Source: a bacterium (lineage in GTDB: Bacteria; Patescibacteriota; Patescibacteriia; HK-STAS-PATE-3). From it: a stretch of DNA of 64,000 nt. The position numbers were made by a program, and so were the translations under genes. Positions within the stretch are counted from its first letter, which is position 1. Every line of letters begins with the position of its first letter. Shown here piece after piece: positions 58,594 to 64,000 of the stretch. The notes beneath the pieces were generated by a model that did not search any database, had not been told where the DNA came from, and saw only the letters and a program-made list of their open reading frames with translations. The stretch lies in contig JAZDMR010000009.1 in the NCBI GenBank assembly GCA_043800725.1, positions 26,662 to 90,661 of the forward strand. The letters are read 5' to 3'.

Positions 58594-59265
58594 TCAATGG
58601 TTTGTTTCTCGCTTTTTTGCTCGATGTATTGCCTTTGAAAGATACTTAAGGGTTTGCCTGGGATTCTTTGCATCCCTTAAAACCGAACCAACGATAATAT
58701 CATTTGCTCCTGCTTTGGCCGACAAGCCAATGGTATCTACACCTATACTGCCATCGACGCTGATGATGAGTCTAGGATATTTTTTATGAACCGCGCGGAT
58801 TACTTCGATCTGCTTTGGAAGAAACGCGCTTCCTTGCTTTCCAGGCTTGACCGTTAAAACGTGCACACCGATAATATATGGAACGAATTTCTGAAGTAAC
58901 CGTATAGGCGCTCCTGGTTTTAACGCCAACAGAATATCAAACTCCAGACTGGCTGTTTTTATAAACTCAGGCGTAATATCCGCATCCACATGGATGATTA
59001 AACGCTTGATTCCGGCAGCTAAACATCCTTTCAGCCACTTGTCAGGTTGTTTTACCATTAGGTGGGCTGTGGTGTGCTTTGGTAAACGCAATTTTTTCAA
59101 GCTGTCTGGTCCGTAAGATTTGGTTTTAACGTACTGCCCATCCATCAAATCCAAATGCAAATAAAAACTCAATGATTTAAGCCGGTTGATACGTTTTTGC
59201 GCCACGGTGGTATAGCGGGTCAATACCGCCGGGATAATTCTATGCTGCCTTGTTGCCATTTTCAA
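58594..59265 (-). CDS. rpe: ribulose-phosphate 3-epimerase
   Basis: HLDLMDG, AHLMV, TV.PG.QG, VDG, VGS. Confidence 0.92.
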   Translation of the reverse strand: MKMATRQHRIIPAVLTRYTTVAQKRINRLKSLSFYLHLDLMDGQYVKTKSYGPDSLKKLRLPKHTTAHLMVKQPDKWLKGCLAAGIKRLIIHVDADITPEFIKTASLEFDILLALKPGAPIRLLQKFVPYIIGVHVLTVKPGKQGSAFLPKQIEVIRAVHKKYPRLIISVDGSIGVDTIGLSAKAGANDIIVGSVLRDAKNPRQTLKYLSKAIHRAKKRETNH

Positions 59266-59695
59266 GCTTCTTTATTTGCTTTAACCGCCTATTATCCCTG
59301 ACTTTGTTACGAAACTTTTGGTTCATCCAGGCTCTGATGATGCTCCAATTATTTTTTGAATTCTCATGCTCCCCTGCTAAACACAACACATTGGCATTCT
59401 CATCTCGTTTGCCTCGCTTGGCTGTCCAGACATCGGTAGCCCCGATCGCCCGGACTCCTTTAACCTTATTAGCCGCTATGACTACGCCGGTGTTTGATCG
59501 GCATATTAATATGCCTTTATGTTGAGCGTTTTTACTAACTGCTAAACCAACTTTTTTTGTAAATATCGGGTAATCATCATCAGGGGCATATTCTTGGGGA
59601 CCTAAATCAACAAAAGATATTTTCGCTTTGGTTAGCTTTTGCTTAATTTGTTTTTTGGCAGCAAACCCACCATGATCAGAACCAAGATATAACAT
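59240..59695 (-). CDS. rpiB: ribose-5-phosphate isomerase B
   Basis: GSDHGG, DDYP, GILIC, ANKVKGVRA, NANVLCL. Confidence 0.92.
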   Translation of the reverse strand: MLYLGSDHGGFAAKKQIKQKLTKAKISFVDLGPQEYAPDDDYPIFTKKVGLAVSKNAQHKGILICRSNTGVVIAANKVKGVRAIGATDVWTAKRGKRDENANVLCLAGEHENSKNNWSIIRAWMNQKFRNKVRDNRRLKQIKKLENGNKAA

Positions 59696-59741
59696 AGGTA
59701 AAGTATACCAGGATTAGCTTATCCGGTGAATGATGCGCCAA

Positions 59742-61058
59742 TTACTCCCCTAATATGCTTTGAGTTTTCTTCTTGTACTCTTCCACATTGGGCTGATCAA
59801 AAGGATTTACTGACATTAGCTCGCCCATCAGCATCGTCTCGATCATTTTCCACTGCATAAACTGCCCAATTGAATATTCGGATATTTCTGGCAGACTAAT
59901 CTGCATTATCGGAATGCCCTTTTTCTCATAAGCCTGAACTGCCCCTTGCAGTATGGCTTTCTGGATATCGGCCAAGGTTTTATTATGAATTCCTTTGGCT
60001 AATTTTGTAATGGGTAATTGAGCTATTTCAACGCTCTCTTTCGACGTAGCATACATAAAAGAGACCACCTTATCCAATGGCCCGCCTAAATGCAATTGTC
60101 CAATCGAATGCAAATCAGTCGAACCGACCGAGACAGTCGGGGTGATTCCCGCATTCACATCTTTACCTTTGAGATCTTTTTCTTTGCCTAGGCTTTCTGC
60201 TGTCAATTGCCGATACCATTTTCCCAATGACTCCAGCTGCGGACGAAATACAAACAGATCATTAATAGATTTGCCGTGATTTAAATGATGCCAGAGCACC
60301 GCAGCCGACTGGACCGCCGGATTATTCCGATCGATTGTTAAGCATTTCTCCAAAATATTATAAGCGCCTTTTTGAAAAGAGTTAATGTTAAATCCGGCTA
60401 AGCCCAAAGGAAACAGCCCCACGCTGGAAAGAACTGAATAGCGGCCCCCAACCTTTACGGGCACTTCCAGTATGCTCCATTCCTGCTTCTGCGCCAGCTT
60501 AATCAGTTCTGACCCGCGGTTGGAAATAACTGTTATGGGCAGTTTGCGATTAGGCCAGCGTTTTTGCATTTCGTAAAGCAATATCGAAGCATTGGCTATT
60601 GCTTCGGTGGTAGTGCCTGACTTACTGATTATGCAAACTGCTACTTCCTCAATTTCAACTATTTCAGATCTAATAATGTCTTTGAAGCGCTCCATTAAAT
60701 CTGACTCCACAGTGTCTAAAAATAATATATTGGGATCTTCCGGATCAAGCCATCGGGGCATGCCTCTTAGAGCATCGTAAATCGCCATCGTGCCCAAATT
60801 TGATCCGCCGATTCCCACGATGATTAAATATCTTAATCGCTCTTGAGCAATGCTATTAATCGCCCGGGATATTTGAGTTCGAAACTCAGAATCTCTGGGC
60901 AAATAAAGAGAGCTGGCATCGTCCTGGTAGTCTTTGTTTTTCGCAATTGACTGAAGCTCTTCCAGTCTTGGTTTGAGTTTTTTTAAAGTTTTTTCCAGTT
61001 CTATCTCCAGCAGCCGAGATTTTGAAATATCTAGAACTAGATTCGGTAGATTATCCAT
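59742..61058 (-). CDS. pgi: glucose-6-phosphate isomerase
   Basis: GIGGSNLG, SKSGTTTE, GGRYSV, QLTAESLGK, NPFDQPNVE.YK. Confidence 0.94.
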   Translation of the reverse strand: MDNLPNLVLDISKSRLLEIELEKTLKKLKPRLEELQSIAKNKDYQDDASSLYLPRDSEFRTQISRAINSIAQERLRYLIIVGIGGSNLGTMAIYDALRGMPRWLDPEDPNILFLDTVESDLMERFKDIIRSEIVEIEEVAVCIISKSGTTTEAIANASILLYEMQKRWPNRKLPITVISNRGSELIKLAQKQEWSILEVPVKVGGRYSVLSSVGLFPLGLAGFNINSFQKGAYNILEKCLTIDRNNPAVQSAAVLWHHLNHGKSINDLFVFRPQLESLGKWYRQLTAESLGKEKDLKGKDVNAGITPTVSVGSTDLHSIGQLHLGGPLDKVVSFMYATSKESVEIAQLPITKLAKGIHNKTLADIQKAILQGAVQAYEKKGIPIMQISLPEISEYSIGQFMQWKMIETMLMGELMSVNPFDQPNVEEYKKKTQSILGE

Positions 61059-61068
61059 AATTTTATAT

Positions 61069-61914
61069 TTAATAATTTATTAAATCATTCCAGTCTTGGA
61101 CAAACTTTTTCAATCCCTGATCCGTCAACTCGTGTCTAATATCAAAAGACTGCCAGTCATCCCCAATATTAAAATTATCATAGGGAATGGCTGTTTTTTT
61201 ATCCTGGTCAGATTCTTTATCAACCGATGAATCCCGGTGCCAATCCAATAATACCTTCTTAGGCACTGTCATGATATCCACGCCCATATCCACTAATTTT
61301 TGAACATGATATGGATGGCGAATACTGGCGGCCAACACTTGCACATGACCATCGCTCTGCTGATACATTTTCATGATATTTTTAATCAAATCCAAACCGT
61401 TAATATTTAAATCATCCAACCGGCCGATAAACGGTGATAAAAACACGTCACCTGGCTTGGCCCCTCGGGTAGCGGAATAAACGGCTGCGGCTTGGGCTTG
61501 AGAAAAAACTAAAGTCATATTAATCCTGATACCTTCCGAAACAGCCTGCCTACCAGCTTTCAACCCCTCGGAAATAGTTGGCAATTTAATATGAGCATTT
61601 GGAATCCATTGATTCATTTCCCTGGCCTGGATGATCATTTTTTCTGCTGTGGTTTGCTCGTCCGCATAAGTCTCGATCGAGACTGAACCTTCTGGTATTT
61701 TTTTGGAAATATCCTGAACTATCCGTCTATATAAATCTAGCAACTCCTGATTCGTAAAGCGCTCGCCTGATTCTTTGCGAGCTGTCGCTTCGGTTGATTT
61801 GGCAATTAAGCTGGGATTGGTTGTCTGGCCGTCAAGCCGGCCCAGTACGGATAAAACTTCGTCCGTATCCTTTGGGTCACCGCTATCTAGAAATATTTTG
61901 GTCTGGCTGGTCAT
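61069..61914 (-). CDS. tal: transaldolase family protein
   Basis: FLDS, TTNPS, IKLP, NMTLVFS, SPFIGRLDD, LAASIR. Confidence 0.93.
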   Translation of the reverse strand: MTSQTKIFLDSGDPKDTDEVLSVLGRLDGQTTNPSLIAKSTEATARKESGERFTNQELLDLYRRIVQDISKKIPEGSVSIETYADEQTTAEKMIIQAREMNQWIPNAHIKLPTISEGLKAGRQAVSEGIRINMTLVFSQAQAAAVYSATRGAKPGDVFLSPFIGRLDDLNINGLDLIKNIMKMYQQSDGHVQVLAASIRHPYHVQKLVDMGVDIMTVPKKVLLDWHRDSSVDKESDQDKKTAIPYDNFNIGDDWQSFDIRHELTDQGLKKFVQDWNDLINY

Positions 61915-63755
61915 TTGATTCTTTCTACGGTTCGGATAATTGACTGAGCATCAATGCCCTGGTGCTTTAACAATTGTTCCGGCCGGCCGCTTTTAGGTGT
62001 TTTTTCAACTGATAAAGAGATTAACTCTTTACACATATTTCCCAGGGCCGTCTGCACTGCTTCGGCTAGACCGCCCACCCTGCGATGGTCTTCCACAACG
62101 ATAAACCTTCCACTAACTCTGGCGGCGCGTTGCAAGGTGCTTTTATCAATTGGTTTAATGCTATATAGATCAATGACTCTTACTGGAATTTTCTTCTTGG
62201 CAAGCAGATCGGCGGCTGTTAAAGCCTCAAATAAAGTTATTCCGGCCGCCACTATGGTCACCTTGTCTGATGTGCTGGATCGAACAACCTGACTGCCGCT
62301 GATTTTAAAATCAGTCTTACTGTTATAAATAACGGGGGTATCACCGCGAGTTGCTCGCAAATATGTTAAACCGGGATTTTTTAAAGATAATTCAAGTAAC
62401 TTCTCCATGGCAACTGCATCGGACGGATATAATACAGTGCTGTTTTGCAAAGTGCTGAACATGGCAATATCTTCCAGTCCCATTTGCGACGGCCCGTCTT
62501 CGCCGATGTGAACGCCAGCATGAGTGCCCACATAAATCTGACGAGTTTGGGCATACTGAGCCATGCGCAGATGATCAAAGGCCCGCGTGAAAAAAGCCGC
62601 AAAGGTCGAAGCAACCGGCAATTTACCTCGAGCCGCCAGCCCCCCGGCCATGCCGACCATGTTTTGCTCGGCAATATAGGCTTGAATAAATCTATCAGGA
62701 TATTTTTTGCCAAATGCTTCCGTATAAGTAGAATTTTTTACATCACCGTCCAAGACAGTCATTTCTGGATACTGAAGCGCTAGCCGTACCAAAGCATTGC
62801 CAAAGGCCTTTCTGGTGGATATTAACTCACTTTGAGAATACCTTGGGCTGGGCGCACGTTTGGTTTTTACAATCGTTTTTTTCTTTTTTATCGGTTGCGC
62901 TATCGAACCAACCAAGCTGCGATCAATATCCCCCAATTCAGCCATGGCTACCGACAGCTGTTGTTTGGATAAGGCTTTTCCGTGCCAGCCACCTTTGTTT
63001 TGTATCAGAGAAACGCCTTTGCCTTTAAGAGTGCTGGCCAAAATCATGGTTGGTTTTCGCTTTATCTGTTTGGCTTTTTGATAGGCTGCCAATATCTGAT
63101 TCATGTTGTGCCCATCTATGGATAGAACATTCCAACCAAAGCTTTTTATCCTTTGAAAATACTTTTTTATATCATGGCCTAATCTAGTATGCCCGCTTTG
63201 TCCAAAGCCATTAATATCCAAAATGCCCACCAAATTGTCTACCTTGTTGTTTGAGGTATAATCAATCGCTTCCCAAACAGAGCCCTCTGACATTTCTCCG
63301 TCGCCCAGTAAAACATAAGTAGTAAAGGGCAAATTATCCATGGTCGCCTGTAAAGCCATGCCTAAACCAGTAGATAATCCCTGGCCCAGCGAGCCAGTGG
63401 GAACTTCTGTATATGGAAAATCCGGCATAGGATGTCCCTGTAAACGGCTGCCAAATTTCCTCAAACTCATCAACTCTTTCCGACTGACTTTTCCGGCAAC
63501 CGAATAAAGCGAGTAAATCAACGGCGCGGCATGGCCTTTGGAAAATATCAGCCGATCGTTTGTTCGATTTTTAATATTATTTAAATCCGTTTTAAACACG
63601 CCGGAAAACATCAGACCAACCATTAAATCAACAGCTGATAAGCATGTGCTGGGATGGCCCGAGCCTGCCCTGGTAGTCGATTCGATAATATCCGCTCTTA
63701 CCAGTTTGGCAAGCTCATTTAGCCTATCAACGCTTTTTGTTGGCTTAATTTTCAT
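61911..63755 (-). CDS. tkt: transketolase
   Basis: GSGHP, SKGHA, GSLGQG, GDGE, IAEQNM, GEDGPSQ. Confidence 0.96.
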   Translation of the reverse strand: MKIKPTKSVDRLNELAKLVRADIIESTTRAGSGHPSTCLSAVDLMVGLMFSGVFKTDLNNIKNRTNDRLIFSKGHAAPLIYSLYSVAGKVSRKELMSLRKFGSRLQGHPMPDFPYTEVPTGSLGQGLSTGLGMALQATMDNLPFTTYVLLGDGEMSEGSVWEAIDYTSNNKVDNLVGILDINGFGQSGHTRLGHDIKKYFQRIKSFGWNVLSIDGHNMNQILAAYQKAKQIKRKPTMILASTLKGKGVSLIQNKGGWHGKALSKQQLSVAMAELGDIDRSLVGSIAQPIKKKKTIVKTKRAPSPRYSQSELISTRKAFGNALVRLALQYPEMTVLDGDVKNSTYTEAFGKKYPDRFIQAYIAEQNMVGMAGGLAARGKLPVASTFAAFFTRAFDHLRMAQYAQTRQIYVGTHAGVHIGEDGPSQMGLEDIAMFSTLQNSTVLYPSDAVAMEKLLELSLKNPGLTYLRATRGDTPVIYNSKTDFKISGSQVVRSSTSDKVTIVAAGITLFEALTAADLLAKKKIPVRVIDLYSIKPIDKSTLQRAARVSGRFIVVEDHRRVGGLAEAVQTALGNMCKELISLSVEKTPKSGRPEQLLKHQGIDAQSIIRTVERIK

Positions 63756-63762
63756 AAACCTT

Positions 63763-64000
63763 TTATTCAGTAGTCTCTAGCTCATTCTCCGACTCCTCAT
63801 CACTGCTACTGCTTTTTAGCTGGCTAATACTTCCCGAGCCAGATATTGACTGATTAATATTCGGACTTCCTAGGTATTGGACATCACCGCTGCCGCTGAT
63901 ATCAACTGTTAGCTGGTCAGCAACATTAACGATTGCTTGACCAGAACCGTTTATGATCACTTCAGCCGATTGTCCGGCTAATTCCCCGGCGCGGTATTTA
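63763..64000 (-). CDS. DUF2807/GIN-type beta-helix protein, C-terminal part (5' end outside window)
   Basis: Repeated I.GSG.. turns and Y.GSP.I.QSISGSGSI. Confidence 0.8.
   Translation of the reverse strand, partial: KYRAGELAGQSAEVIINGSGQAIVNVADQLTVDISGSGDVQYLGSPNINQSISGSGSISQLKSSSSDEESENELETTE

Overview
This is a 64-kb chromosomal window from a low-GC bacterium with a reduced genome. Gene content (short AlaRS, DUF4012, membrane-bound GT2, CxxC-x17-CxxC protein, tandem gpmI, many genes without SD sites) suggests Patescibacteria/CPR using genetic code 11; the taxonomy is inference. The core backbone is almost all on the minus strand: ftsEX, a PrsA-like PPIase, lepA, murJ, an EPS glycosyltransferase cluster, RNase P RNA, rnhA, recJ, gpmI x2, eno, pgk, ssb, alaS, rpe, rpiB, pgi, tal, tkt. 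Three tRNAs are present (Gln-TTG, Gly-CCC, Thr-CGT). Main candidates for novelty: (1) an accessory island at 47.6-53.7 kb with a divergent nicotinate phosphoribosyltransferase-like gene, a GHMP-kinase/putative winged-helix fusion, four small Pro/Cys/His-rich peptide genes sharing an MS-x-P start and joined in pairs by a conserved ~118-bp structured repeat, and a small nucleotidyltransferase; (2) an integrase-less array of attC-like gene cassettes at 36.7-38.2 kb; (3) a bacteriocin-like lipoprotein with small membrane-protein genes bounded by 38-bp direct repeats at 53.9-55.3 kb; (4) a strand-specific rod-shaped ncRNA candidate downstream of ssb; (5) a Pif1-like helicase ending in the SSB-tail motif DDIPF. 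All calls are by eye from sequence motifs; no searches were run.
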